Source: Pseudomonadota bacterium
GTDB lineage: Bacteria; Bdellovibrionota; FAC87; UBA2466
DNA: 64,000 nucleotides
Direction: 5' to 3'
Assembly: GCA_043718025.1 (NCBI GenBank)
Contig: JAYSWN010000020.1
Span: forward strand, 1 to 64,000
Shown: one piece after another, positions 18,466 to 27,463 of the stretch
Position numbering within the stretch: position 1 is the first letter of the stretch
Layout: every line of letters starts with the position of its first letter
Program-made: the position numbers and the translations under genes
Notes under the pieces: generated by a model
The model's input: only the letters and a program-made list of their open reading frames with translations
What the model was told of the DNA's origin: nothing
The model's database searches: none

Positions 18466-19241
18466 TGGAAAACAACTGCGTTTCCATCATCCTGCCTACC
18501 TACAACGAATCGCGAAATATCGTTCGGCTGATCACGGCCATCGCCGAAAATATTCCGGCGGGTTGGGATTACGAGGTTCTCGTGGTGGATGACAACAGCC
18601 CCGACGATACCCTGGGTGAGGTTCGGCGATGTTTCGGCAGCGACCCACGGGTGATTCCGATCTTGCGCACCGAAGATCGCGGCTTTGCCAAATCTATCCG
18701 CGCCGGCATTGAAAAGGCGACCGGTAACCAAGTTGTGGTCATGGATACGGATCTCACTCACGATCCCGTTGAGATTCCGAATTTACTTCACGTTGGAAAG
18801 ACCTACGATTTTGTCAGTGGCTCTCGCTTCTGCGCGGGTGGGCGCATGGTGGATACCAAGCACTACCTTATCTCGATGACCTACAACTGGCTCTTGCGCT
18901 TACTAATCCGCACTCAGGTTCAGGACAACCTGGGCGGATATTACACGACCCGCCGTGTCCTCTTATTGGACTTGCCCCTAGACGAAATTTTCTTCGGGTA
19001 CGGAGATTATTATTTTCGGCTGCTGCATTTTGTGCAAAAGGCCGGCTATACCATCGTCGAGATCCCGGCGGCGTATCTATTGCGCACAGAAGGAAAAAGT
19101 AAGTCGAACTGGGGCCGGATGTTACTCACTTACACTCTGGGCGCACTCCGGCTAAAGCAACGAATTCGTAAACTCGATAAGGGGCGGCTGACCCGAGGCT
19201 CCCACGGCGTTCGCCAGCTCACTCAACAATCTCAAAGCTAG
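18465..19241 (+). CDS. Polyprenol-phosphate glycosyltransferase (DPM1-like GT2)
   Basis: ILPTYNE, VVDDNSPD, MDTDLTHDP, GSRF, R..GKSK. Confidence 0.88.
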   Translation: MENNCVSIILPTYNESRNIVRLITAIAENIPAGWDYEVLVVDDNSPDDTLGEVRRCFGSDPRVIPILRTEDRGFAKSIRAGIEKATGNQVVVMDTDLTHDPVEIPNLLHVGKTYDFVSGSRFCAGGRMVDTKHYLISMTYNWLLRLLIRTQVQDNLGGYYTTRRVLLLDLPLDEIFFGYGDYYFRLLHFVQKAGYTIVEIPAAYLLRTEGKSKSNWGRMLLTYTLGALRLKQRIRKLDKGRLTRGSHGVRQLTQQSQS

Positions 19242-19251
19242 CCTTTTTTCT

Positions 19252-21057
19252 CTAGTGCGGATTCTTCAGTAATGAGTACTGATCATTTTTGTAGACGACC
19301 GACCATTGGGAAAACTTCGGAAGCGGCAATCGAATATTTTCCACAATAACAAAATCTAGCGCATAGTTTGCGTGGCGTGCCTCTTTAGCGCAACGGCGTA
19401 ACCACGCTTCAAGTTGGCGGTGCTCTTTTGCATCAACGAGAGCATTGCTAATGCCTCGAACGTAAGAGCTGTACACCACCAACTCAAGAAAGATTATGGC
19501 GTCGGCAACTTCGCCCCGGTACGGGAGAGGGACTGGTCTCTTTTCTAATAGGTAATTGGTGTAATTTTTTGCGTCATTCTGATTGAGCCTGAGTACCGCA
19601 GCCAAGAGCGATTGATCGCGCTCAAACAGGCTCATGTTATAGAAATAGTGTCGCAGCTCCTCGTCATGGGTTCGCTGAGTAAGCCCGTACATCGTGAACA
19701 GCGGCTTGGACCGGGAGTAGAGGGGCAAAAGGTAAGAATCCTCGATGTCTTCGGAAGCAACAATGGAGCCGGAGGGCAGGTGCGTATCAATCCAATTTAG
19801 CAATTCCCATTTCTCGCGCTCCACAAACCCATTCCACGCGTCAAAATTAGGTTTTTGGATTTGCAAAACCAAAGCGCAAATCAATAGCGCCGGTATGAGG
19901 GACAGCGGCCACCATAACCATTGCTTTCTCCCCTTCAAATGCGACGAACCCCATGCAAAAAAAATACGGGCCCCGCAAAAAACTGCCCCCGACCAGGCGA
20001 AAATGACGGCCCCCCTCACCCACAACCGACTGCCGAGATTATAACTGTCGCAGAACATACCGATTAAGGTCGCAGCTACCACTAGCGCGGCCACAAACAC
20101 TCGCTCTTTCTCGAGCCAGCGCCAGATAACCGGAATGAGAAAAATGAGGAGGAGAAACTGCCAACCCACTACCAATCCCAAAAATTCGCCGTGCCTTAGC
20201 TCCTGGCCCAGCGAAGTCGCCGCGTGCGCCCGTAACTGAAGGTACCCCCAGGCCACACCGGCCAGTCCAGCCAATGCGATACTAATCAAACGCCAGGGCA
20301 TCACTCTTTTGATCAGCACTTCAAATAGAACGCTCAGACCAAGGGCCATGACTAGAGTTGCCCCAACGCTGATGCTGGCCATTCCGGTCAAACCCGTTAA
20401 CAGAATCGCCCCCCAAAAGAATCGGGGTCGGCCCGTTTGCAACCACCGAACTTGAAACGTAGCCGCGGCCAAACCTATTGCCCAAAACATTGACGGGTTA
20501 ACAAAGCGGGTGGGATTTGAACTGTAGGTAAGAAGGTCGTCGGCCCAAAAGGGGCGGCCGAAATAAAAACTATTCCCAAACGCATCAACGAAGACCAGGC
20601 CGACCAAAGTGATCCCAACCGTTAAAAGCCCCCCCGAGAAACTGCCGCCGAGCAAGATCATGAGAAACACCAAAAAACTCAAAGCGAGAAGCGCCGTGTT
20701 TAAAATCGAAGTAACCAACAAAGCGTCACGCGAGGACGGAGTCACCCACGCGGCCACTTGGTAAATGGCGTAACTCGCGTACAAAGCTGCGGCGTACGAA
20801 TTCGATATTGTATTTACGATCCGGTGATCGCCGCCGGCGGGCTCTCCCGAGCGAACCACGGAAGAGGTAAGTCGTTCCGAAGCGTGTCGCAGCATGGAGT
20901 AGTAATAGTAATTATCCCCGGGTTGGGTTCTAGGTCCCGAGATGAGTACCCCAACCTTTTTAGACGACTGGTGAAAATGGCGGGCAATTGCGGCGGAGTG
21001 CAGTAACAATGCAATCGCCAGCGCCGAGAATCCAACCGTTAGCCATTTCATCCGCAT
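19252..21057 (-). CDS. Polytopic membrane protein, possible GT-C glycosyltransferase
   Basis: About 11-13 hydrophobic segments, GDNYYY in the first loop after TM1, soluble C-terminal tail; start ATG 21057 just after the upstream stop. Confidence 0.6.
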   Translation of the reverse strand: MRMKWLTVGFSALAIALLLHSAAIARHFHQSSKKVGVLISGPRTQPGDNYYYYSMLRHASERLTSSVVRSGEPAGGDHRIVNTISNSYAAALYASYAIYQVAAWVTPSSRDALLVTSILNTALLALSFLVFLMILLGGSFSGGLLTVGITLVGLVFVDAFGNSFYFGRPFWADDLLTYSSNPTRFVNPSMFWAIGLAAATFQVRWLQTGRPRFFWGAILLTGLTGMASISVGATLVMALGLSVLFEVLIKRVMPWRLISIALAGLAGVAWGYLQLRAHAATSLGQELRHGEFLGLVVGWQFLLLIFLIPVIWRWLEKERVFVAALVVAATLIGMFCDSYNLGSRLWVRGAVIFAWSGAVFCGARIFFAWGSSHLKGRKQWLWWPLSLIPALLICALVLQIQKPNFDAWNGFVEREKWELLNWIDTHLPSGSIVASEDIEDSYLLPLYSRSKPLFTMYGLTQRTHDEELRHYFYNMSLFERDQSLLAAVLRLNQNDAKNYTNYLLEKRPVPLPYRGEVADAIIFLELVVYSSYVRGISNALVDAKEHRQLEAWLRRCAKEARHANYALDFVIVENIRLPLPKFSQWSVVYKNDQYSLLKNPH

Positions 21058-21059
21058 CG

Positions 21060-22895
21060 TTAGTCCAGCTCGTAGGCATTCTGGTAATCGACGATGAGGT
21101 TTGGATTCTGTTCGTGCTTGAGCACTAGCGAATTTCCAATCGCAAGTAAGTCGAGCTCGGTACCCATTAAGCAGCGAAAGGCATCTTCCGGAGTATTGAC
21201 GATCGGCTCTCCGCGCACGTTGAAGGAGGTGTTCACCAGCACCGGGCATCCGGTAAGCTCTTTGAATTTAGTCAGCAGCCGATGGTAGCGTGGATTGGTA
21301 TCGGCCCGAACGGTTTGTAGGCGAGCCGAATAGTCAACGTGGGTCACCGCCGGAATTTCTGAGCGGGGAACATTTAATTTATCGATCCCGAACAGCGCAC
21401 TTTCCGCTTCGCTCATCGAACGACGTTTCGCGGACGCCACGTCCGCCACGAGCAACATGTACGGGCTTTCGCCGTCGAAGTCGAACCACTCGGCGACGTC
21501 CTCCCGCAAAACGCTGGGCGCGAACGGGCGGAATGACTCACGGTATTTTACTTTGAGGTTGAGCTGTTTCTGCATCTGCGGGGATCGCGCATCCGCGATA
21601 ATCGATCTTCCGCCGAGGGCACGCGGCCCAAACTCCATGCGTCCTTGGTGCCAGCCCACCGCCTTACCGTCGGCCAATGCCTGCGCGGTATTGTTTATGA
21701 GATCGTCATCGGTAAGCGTGTGAAAAACCGCCCCCGCCGAACGCAGACGGCTCTCAATTTCTTCTTGGGAATAGGCGGGCCCGAGGTAACTCCCCGCCAT
21801 GCTATCGCCCGGCGAAGTCACCCGCGGCCCGTTCAGCATGAGGTGGTACGCCGCCAAGGCCGCGCCCACCGCACCACCGGCATCTCCCGCCGCCGGTTGA
21901 ATCCAAATACTGTCGAACACCTTTTCGCGCGCCAAGATTCCGTTCGCCACGCAGTTGAGCGCTACGCCGCCGGCCAAACAGAGATTCTTCTGCCCGGTCG
22001 ACTTACGAATTCCCTTGGCGAGCTTGAGCACCACCTCTTCAGTGATGGCCTGTACCGATGCCGCCAGATCCATTTCCCGCTGCGTCAGTGCGGTCTCCGA
22101 AGTGCGCGCCGGACCGCCAAAGAGTTTGGCGAAACGATCGTTAGTCATCGTCATGCCGGTGCAATAATCGAAATAGGCCATGTTGAGAAAGAAGGAGCCG
22201 TCCTCCTTGATATCGATGAGGTGCTTCTTAATGAGGTCTACGAATCGCGGTACTCCGTAAGGGGCGAGGCCCATCACCTTATACTCGCCGGAATTAACCT
22301 TGAATCCCGTGTAGTAAGTGAACGCCGAATAAAGCAAACCGAGCGAGTGGGGAAAGTGAATTTCCTTTTCCACCGTCAGCGTGTTCTTTTTTCCGACGGC
22401 GACCGACGTGGTCGTCCATTCCCCTACGCCGTCCATCGTTAGCACCGCGGCCTCTTCAAAGGGCGACGGAAAAAAAGCGGACGCCGCGTGGCTCAAATGA
22501 TGTTCCGAGAAGAGCAGCTTCGCGTTCCAATCAATCTCTTTTCCGAGACTCGCGTTGAGCTCTTTCACCAACTGCATCTTTTGGAACAGCTTGTCCTTGA
22601 GCCACACCGGCAGCGAAACGAGAAAAGAGCGAAAGCCCCGCGGGGCAAACGCCAAATAGGTTTCAAAAAGCCGTTCGAATTTGAGAAACGGCTTGTCGTA
22701 AAAAACGACGTAGTCGATTTCGTTACCCGAAATTCCCACCTCGCGCAGACAATAAGCAATGGCCTGATGCGGAAAACCAGCGTCATGCTTTTTGCGCGTG
22801 AAGCGCTCTTCCTGAGCGGCCGCGCGTATGACGCCGTCGGTAACTAAACAGGCTGCGGCGTCATGATAAAAGGCTGAAATTCCCAGAACGTTCAT
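21060..22895 (-). CDS. O-carbamoyltransferase (NodU/CmcH/SxtI family)
   Basis: GISAFYHDAAA, QEERFTRKKH, EHHLSHAASAF, GEYKVMGLAPYG, EFGPRALG, RESFRPFAP, NTSFNVRGEP. Confidence 0.95.
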   Translation of the reverse strand: MNVLGISAFYHDAAACLVTDGVIRAAAQEERFTRKKHDAGFPHQAIAYCLREVGISGNEIDYVVFYDKPFLKFERLFETYLAFAPRGFRSFLVSLPVWLKDKLFQKMQLVKELNASLGKEIDWNAKLLFSEHHLSHAASAFFPSPFEEAAVLTMDGVGEWTTTSVAVGKKNTLTVEKEIHFPHSLGLLYSAFTYYTGFKVNSGEYKVMGLAPYGVPRFVDLIKKHLIDIKEDGSFFLNMAYFDYCTGMTMTNDRFAKLFGGPARTSETALTQREMDLAASVQAITEEVVLKLAKGIRKSTGQKNLCLAGGVALNCVANGILAREKVFDSIWIQPAAGDAGGAVGAALAAYHLMLNGPRVTSPGDSMAGSYLGPAYSQEEIESRLRSAGAVFHTLTDDDLINNTAQALADGKAVGWHQGRMEFGPRALGGRSIIADARSPQMQKQLNLKVKYRESFRPFAPSVLREDVAEWFDFDGESPYMLLVADVASAKRRSMSEAESALFGIDKLNVPRSEIPAVTHVDYSARLQTVRADTNPRYHRLLTKFKELTGCPVLVNTSFNVRGEPIVNTPEDAFRCLMGTELDLLAIGNSLVLKHEQNPNLIVDYQNAYELD

Positions 22896-22898
22896 GGC

Positions 22899-23051
22899 TT
22901 AAAAGAGCGTATAGATAAAAGGGGCCAACACAGAACCCTTCGCGGCCAGCAGCAAAAGTCCAATGAGGACGATGATGATGAGAAAAGGCGCCAGCCACAA
23001 TTTTTTTCTCGCTTTAAGGAATGACCAAAATTCGCCGAAAAAAGAAGTCAT
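22899..23051 (-). CDS. 50-aa SxtK/DUF5989-like membrane peptide (absent from the ORF track)
   Basis: Hand translation: MTSFFGEFWSFLKARKKLWLAPFLIIIVLIGLLLLAAKGSVLAPFIYTLF; GAGG SD upstream. Confidence 0.88.
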   Translation of the reverse strand: MTSFFGEFWSFLKARKKLWLAPFLIIIVLIGLLLLAAKGSVLAPFIYTLF

Positions 23052-23058
23052 AGTTACC

Positions 23059-23457
23059 TCAAAATTGATGCTTGAATGAGTCGGCCGATCGCCCCATCGG
23101 CCGCGGCTTCCAGAAACTCGGACCCTCTACCTTTTTGAGCCGCAGCTCATCACGGCCGAAAATCCGGAGCACAATTCCCAAGGGCGTAATCACCAACAGA
23201 AAGATCACTCCCAGAACAAGGGGGTTCATGAGGCGCCCGAGCCGCTCACCCAATTTCATCCAGGCCCGATTCAACGGGGTCAAAACATTGGGGGCGATCC
23301 AGGTAACGGCGGCCAAAACCAAACCGGCCGCGAGATAGTATCCCGCCGGATTTAAATGGCCGCGGTAAGCCGTCAACCCGGCCAGCGCGCAAAAGGCTCC
23401 GCTCAGGAGCATCCCGAAATGGTGATTAGGCGCTAATTGAAGGGTCGTGGCACTCAT
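23059..23457 (-). CDS. SxtJ-family membrane protein
   Basis: PLNRAWMKLG..LG....P..LG.IF...ITPLG, D.LRL, SFW, terminal HQF. Confidence 0.85.
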   Translation of the reverse strand: MSATTLQLAPNHHFGMLLSGAFCALAGLTAYRGHLNPAGYYLAAGLVLAAVTWIAPNVLTPLNRAWMKLGERLGRLMNPLVLGVIFLLVITPLGIVLRIFGRDELRLKKVEGPSFWKPRPMGRSADSFKHQF

Positions 23458-23524
23458 ATTTTCGTTAATTTCAGACCGCCCAAGTTACCCTCATCGCCCC
23501 AAAACGACCATAGTTTTGTTCCGG

Positions 23525-24583
23525 CTAGGGACGCCCACTGTCCGCCGCGACGCGCCCCTGCAACCACCGCTGGTCACTATCGTAAGGAACGGCGAGCTGG
23601 GCAATCGAACATCCGCAATAAACCAAAGTCAGCACCAGCCACTCCGCCTCACCGGCGCCGGCAAACCTAAAAGCCAACGGTGCCAAAACCGCGAAATTAA
23701 AGACGCCGTAGAGAAGAACCACTTTGCGGTGGCTGCCCCACCGCCGGGAGAGGCGTTGGTAGGCGTGGCTGCGGTGGGGCTCAGTCCACCGTTCCCTGCG
23801 CAGAAACCGTTGAATCAGGGTGGTGGTGGCATCGCAGAGGAACGCCGTGCCCAAAAGAATCCAGGTGGCGTAAGAGACGGTCCCCATCTTTATCGTCATC
23901 AGCGCCAAAGCGAAGAGAACGAATCCCAAGTAGGTACTTCCGACGTCCCCCATAAAAATCCGGGCCGGCGGCCAGTTCAGTATCAGAAAGCCGGCCGTCG
24001 CCCCGATGAGCACCAGGATGCGGAGAAAGATCGGCGAAGGAAATTCGGTGGGCACCGCTCGCCACACGAGCCACGCCGCCGCCGCCAACATAAAGAGGGC
24101 CTGACTCCCGGCGATGCCATCAATGCCATCCATGAAGTTAAATAAATTTATCCACCAAACGCCGGCGATAATAATGACTACCGCCAAAGGCAACCCACTC
24201 ACGCTCAAACCGAAGGGCAGCACCAGATCCGGCAAAGGAGACAACTTCAAAACGATTCCGGACACGACGGCTACCTGGAAAAAAAATCGAGCGCGGGCCT
24301 TTAAGGGGCGAATGTCGTCGATTAAACCCAGGGTGGCCAAGCCTGACCCCAAAACCAGCGTAAAAATCCAATCTGACGAAAGATCTCCCCCGAGCCAGAG
24401 GCTCACCACGATGGCCGCCACTACCATTCCCAACCCACCTCCGACCGCGGTCGGGCGGACGTGGGAGGATCGGTTAACCGGCGTCTGGAGTAGTCCCCAG
24501 CGGGCGGCATTCGCCAGCACAATTTGGATGACTCCCCAAGACAAAAGGGCGCTCGCCGTCATCACGGTGGTGGCGATCAACAT
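23525..24583 (-). CDS. MraY/WecA/WbpL-family polyprenyl-phosphate sugar-1-phosphate transferase
   Basis: RSSH.RPT..GGG, GLIDD, NLFNFMDGIDG, IFMGDVGS, HRSHAYQ; ATG 24583. Confidence 0.92.
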   Translation of the reverse strand: MLIATTVMTASALLSWGVIQIVLANAARWGLLQTPVNRSSHVRPTAVGGGLGMVVAAIVVSLWLGGDLSSDWIFTLVLGSGLATLGLIDDIRPLKARARFFFQVAVVSGIVLKLSPLPDLVLPFGLSVSGLPLAVVIIIAGVWWINLFNFMDGIDGIAGSQALFMLAAAAWLVWRAVPTEFPSPIFLRILVLIGATAGFLILNWPPARIFMGDVGSTYLGFVLFALALMTIKMGTVSYATWILLGTAFLCDATTTLIQRFLRRERWTEPHRSHAYQRLSRRWGSHRKVVLLYGVFNFAVLAPLAFRFAGAGEAEWLVLTLVYCGCSIAQLAVPYDSDQRWLQGRVAADSGRP

Positions 24584-25449
24584 GGAACGTCTTCCTTCGA
24601 CAGTGAGAAAGGGCGCGGAGAATAATCGAGATCCCGCGTGGCACTCCGGTGATCGAAAATAAGATCTTGATTCATTCGCTCGGCCATCGCCGGCGACCAA
24701 TGCCGGAAGGGAGGAAAGCGACGCAGCAGACCGATCGCCACGCGAAAGGCGGGCAGCGGAACGGTCACGAGTCGGGGAGCGCATCCCGCCGCGACGCAAA
24801 CCCGCTCCACCATTTTGCGGTAAGTGAGCGTCTCACCGCCGGAGAGATTGTAGGAGTTCCCCGCGGCGGTTTCGCGAAGGAGCGCCGACACGCAAGCGTC
24901 CGCCACGTCGTCCAAATGCACCGGCTGCCGTCGGCCCGAGGCCGCGCCGAGCACGGGAAAAAAACCAATCCGGCGAATAACCCGCGCCACCTGCGAGATG
25001 TTCTGGTCCTGCCCGCCGCCGTAAATCAGCGTCGGCCTCAAGACAACCCATTCCATACCGCGGACGGTGGCCCAATCGATTAATTTCTCTTCTCCCTCCG
25101 CAAGGAGCGACGCGGTTTTCCGATCCGCCGGATCGGAGGCGTTTTCTTTCGTGAAGCGGCTCGTGGAGGAGAGCGCTACGATCCTTCGGGGCGCCGAATG
25201 AGCGAAAAGCGAAAAATAATCGGGCAAGTTCCAAATGGGAATCAGACTAACCCAATGAGTTATCGGCGCGATCAGCTCGGGCGAAGCAGAAATCGGGAGC
25301 CAGACCGCATTCGAATCTATTGCGGAAGGTGAAGGCGGGTTGCGCGAAAAGGCGCGCACCGACCAACCTCGCTGCGTAAGCCGGGTCATGAGCGCCTGAC
25401 CCGCCGGACTGCTGGCGCCGAGAACTCCAACCACTCCCGACTTACCCAC
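24577..25449 (-). CDS. NAD-dependent epimerase/dehydratase family protein
   Basis: VLGASSPAG, LSSTS, LRPTLIYG, QPVHLDD, YNLSGGE; probable GTG start at 25449. Confidence 0.85.
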   Translation of the reverse strand: MGKSGVVGVLGASSPAGQALMTRLTQRGWSVRAFSRNPPSPSAIDSNAVWLPISASPELIAPITHWVSLIPIWNLPDYFSLFAHSAPRRIVALSSTSRFTKENASDPADRKTASLLAEGEEKLIDWATVRGMEWVVLRPTLIYGGGQDQNISQVARVIRRIGFFPVLGAASGRRQPVHLDDVADACVSALLRETAAGNSYNLSGGETLTYRKMVERVCVAAGCAPRLVTVPLPAFRVAIGLLRRFPPFRHWSPAMAERMNQDLIFDHRSATRDLDYSPRPFSLSKEDVPC

Positions 25450-26347
25450 TTTTTCCCCCGAGCAGCGCCAGCGGCCTTTTGGCCAAATGACGCCCGGCCA
25501 CGAGGACAAATCGGGCGGAGACTCCGATCGCGATCAAACCCACGAAGTACTTGGCTACCCCCGTGCGAAAAAATTTATTGTAGAAGCGAAACATGCCACG
25601 GTGTTTGTGCCATTCGACAAAAATCGGCCGACTTCGACTACACGTCCCTTTGAAGTGCACCATGCGGGCGGCGGGAACAAACAGGATTTTCCAACCGCGA
25701 TTGCGAATTCGCATGCACAGATCCAGATCTTCGCAGTGCATGAAGTAAGCCTCGTCGAACTCGCCGACGCTTTCGAAGTCATCCCGACGCAAGTACATGC
25801 AGGCCCCCGAGATGGCTTCGACCGCCGTCGGTCCAGTGGGTAAAGCCGCATTCGCCAGGTGGTAGTCGGCAAACCATTCGGGGGCAAAGCGGGATAAACG
25901 CCCCAGACCAAAACCCGTTACGAAGGAGCGCCAGGGAGTCGGTATCCGGCGGCGGGCGCCGATTTGTTCGCTGCCATCCTCGTTGAGGAGTAGTCCACCG
26001 ACCATTCCGGCCGCGGGTCCGGCCTCTAGCGCCTGGCGGAGTGTCTCCACGGCGCCGTCTTCAAGCTCACAGTCGGGATTGAGAAAAAGAAGAAACGGCC
26101 CCGCGGCTTCTTCCGCTCCGATATTGCACGCCTTAGAAAACCCCAAATTTTCGCCCGTGCGAATGAGGCGTAACGGTAGGCCCTGGGCCGCAATCAAATC
26201 TAGGGGAGCAAGGCTTCCGTCTTGGGAGCCATTGTCCACGACGATAACCTCGTTGGCTTGCGCCAAGGCTTTTTTCACGCAGACTTCGAGCCCGGGGCCG
26301 GCATTGAAGTTGACGATGACGATCGAAGTCGTTTGTTTTATTTCCAT
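25442..26347 (-). CDS. GT2 glycosyltransferase (WbbL-like)
   Basis: IVNFN, VDNGS, NLGFSKACN, LNPD, SGAC, FDEAYFMHCEDLD. Confidence 0.9.
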   Translation of the reverse strand: MEIKQTTSIVIVNFNAGPGLEVCVKKALAQANEVIVVDNGSQDGSLAPLDLIAAQGLPLRLIRTGENLGFSKACNIGAEEAAGPFLLFLNPDCELEDGAVETLRQALEAGPAAGMVGGLLLNEDGSEQIGARRRIPTPWRSFVTGFGLGRLSRFAPEWFADYHLANAALPTGPTAVEAISGACMYLRRDDFESVGEFDEAYFMHCEDLDLCMRIRNRGWKILFVPAARMVHFKGTCSRSRPIFVEWHKHRGMFRFYNKFFRTGVAKYFVGLIAIGVSARFVLVAGRHLAKRPLALLGGKSG

Positions 26348-27318
26348 AGCGAACTCAAAGCGCGATCTAATCCGGGGATAGGCCTTCTATCCAATGACCT
26401 CAGAATATCCCACGTGCGAACGGTACGCTGCCCCTGAATCGATTGCCGCTTTTTCCATACCGCGGGTAGCCCGCGGATCGCATCGCGCTTAGCGCGCAAT
26501 ACCGTGCGGAGGTGACCACCCAAGGTGTAACGCAAGATGCCCGCCAGGTTCAAGGCGAGGTGAAGCGGTAAAAAGGCCCAAAACAAAGCTCCCGGCATAT
26601 TCTTTACGTAGGCCCAAACGAGGTTGCGCTGGCCGTGGTAGACATAAAACGCACTTCGTTTTCCCGACGTTACCGATCCGACGTGGGCGACCACCGCCGT
26701 GGGGATGATAAGGCAGCGGTGTCCCGCTAGGCGCAGTCGAAATCCTAGGTCGACGTCTTCTAAGTAACAAAAAAAATCTTCATCAAATCCGCCCAGGCTG
26801 CGCAGGATATCGGCGCGGTACAGTGCCGCCGCCGCGCACGGGGAAAACTCCTCCACCGGGTAGGCCGGGATGGTATCGGGAAGCCCCAGCCCCAAACGGG
26901 AGGCGAAACCGCTGACATGGTAGCTATCGCCCCTTCCGTCGAGCAGGCTCGGGTTTTCGGCCTGAACCAGTTTTGCGCCAAACACGGCACAGTCGAGGTG
27001 GGCCTCGGTGGCTTCGACCATGGTGGCAAACCAAGTGGGGGCGGCAATCGTGTCGGGGTTGAGTAAGGCAATCCACTCGGCGTGGGGAAGTAGTCGTAAC
27101 CCTAAGTTATTCCCGGCGGCGAAGCCCAAATTGCTAGGGCTTTTGTGATAGCTAACCCGCGAATAGGGCTTAAGCCGTTCTAAATCGGCCGGCGTAGCGT
27201 CGCCATTATCGATGATCAAAACGTCAAAATCTTTGCGGGTTTGGGCTTCGAGGGCATCGAGGCAACGCAAGAGATGGGGCCAGCAGTTCCAGGCCACGAT
27301 GATGAGTGAAACTTTCAC
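26338..27318 (-). CDS. GT2 glycosyltransferase
   Basis: IVAWN, IDNG, NLGFAAGNN, LNPD, GGFDEDFFCYLEDVD. Confidence 0.9.
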   Translation of the reverse strand: MKVSLIIVAWNCWPHLLRCLDALEAQTRKDFDVLIIDNGDATPADLERLKPYSRVSYHKSPSNLGFAAGNNLGLRLLPHAEWIALLNPDTIAAPTWFATMVEATEAHLDCAVFGAKLVQAENPSLLDGRGDSYHVSGFASRLGLGLPDTIPAYPVEEFSPCAAAALYRADILRSLGGFDEDFFCYLEDVDLGFRLRLAGHRCLIIPTAVVAHVGSVTSGKRSAFYVYHGQRNLVWAYVKNMPGALFWAFLPLHLALNLAGILRYTLGGHLRTVLRAKRDAIRGLPAVWKKRQSIQGQRTVRTWDILRSLDRRPIPGLDRALSSLWK

Positions 27319-27338
27319 GATGAATTCTTCTATCGACT

Positions 27339-27388
27339 CGGGGGGGGCGACGCAACTGGGCTCTTCGCTCGCCCGCCCCCCGTCTTTT
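27339..27388. terminator. GC-rich hairpin in a divergent intergenic region
   Basis: CGGGGGGGGCGA...TCGCCCGCCCCCCG followed by TCTTTT. Confidence 0.4.
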
Positions 27389-27427
27389 CCGGCCTGACTT
27401 AGGGCGTAAAGACTGGGCCCGCTAACC

Positions 27428-27463
27428 TTGACTTCACTTGTCCTTGTTGACTACTTTGTCGCC
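27428..27463 (+). promoter_or_regulatory. Sigma-70-like promoter, probably leaderless
   Basis: TTGACT-N18-TACTTT, then 6 nt, then GTG 27464; no SD. Confidence 0.5.

Noticed and set aside
21060..23457. Saxitoxin biosynthesis
   Set aside because: Only the sxtIJK-like triad is present; no sxtA or sxtG core genes.
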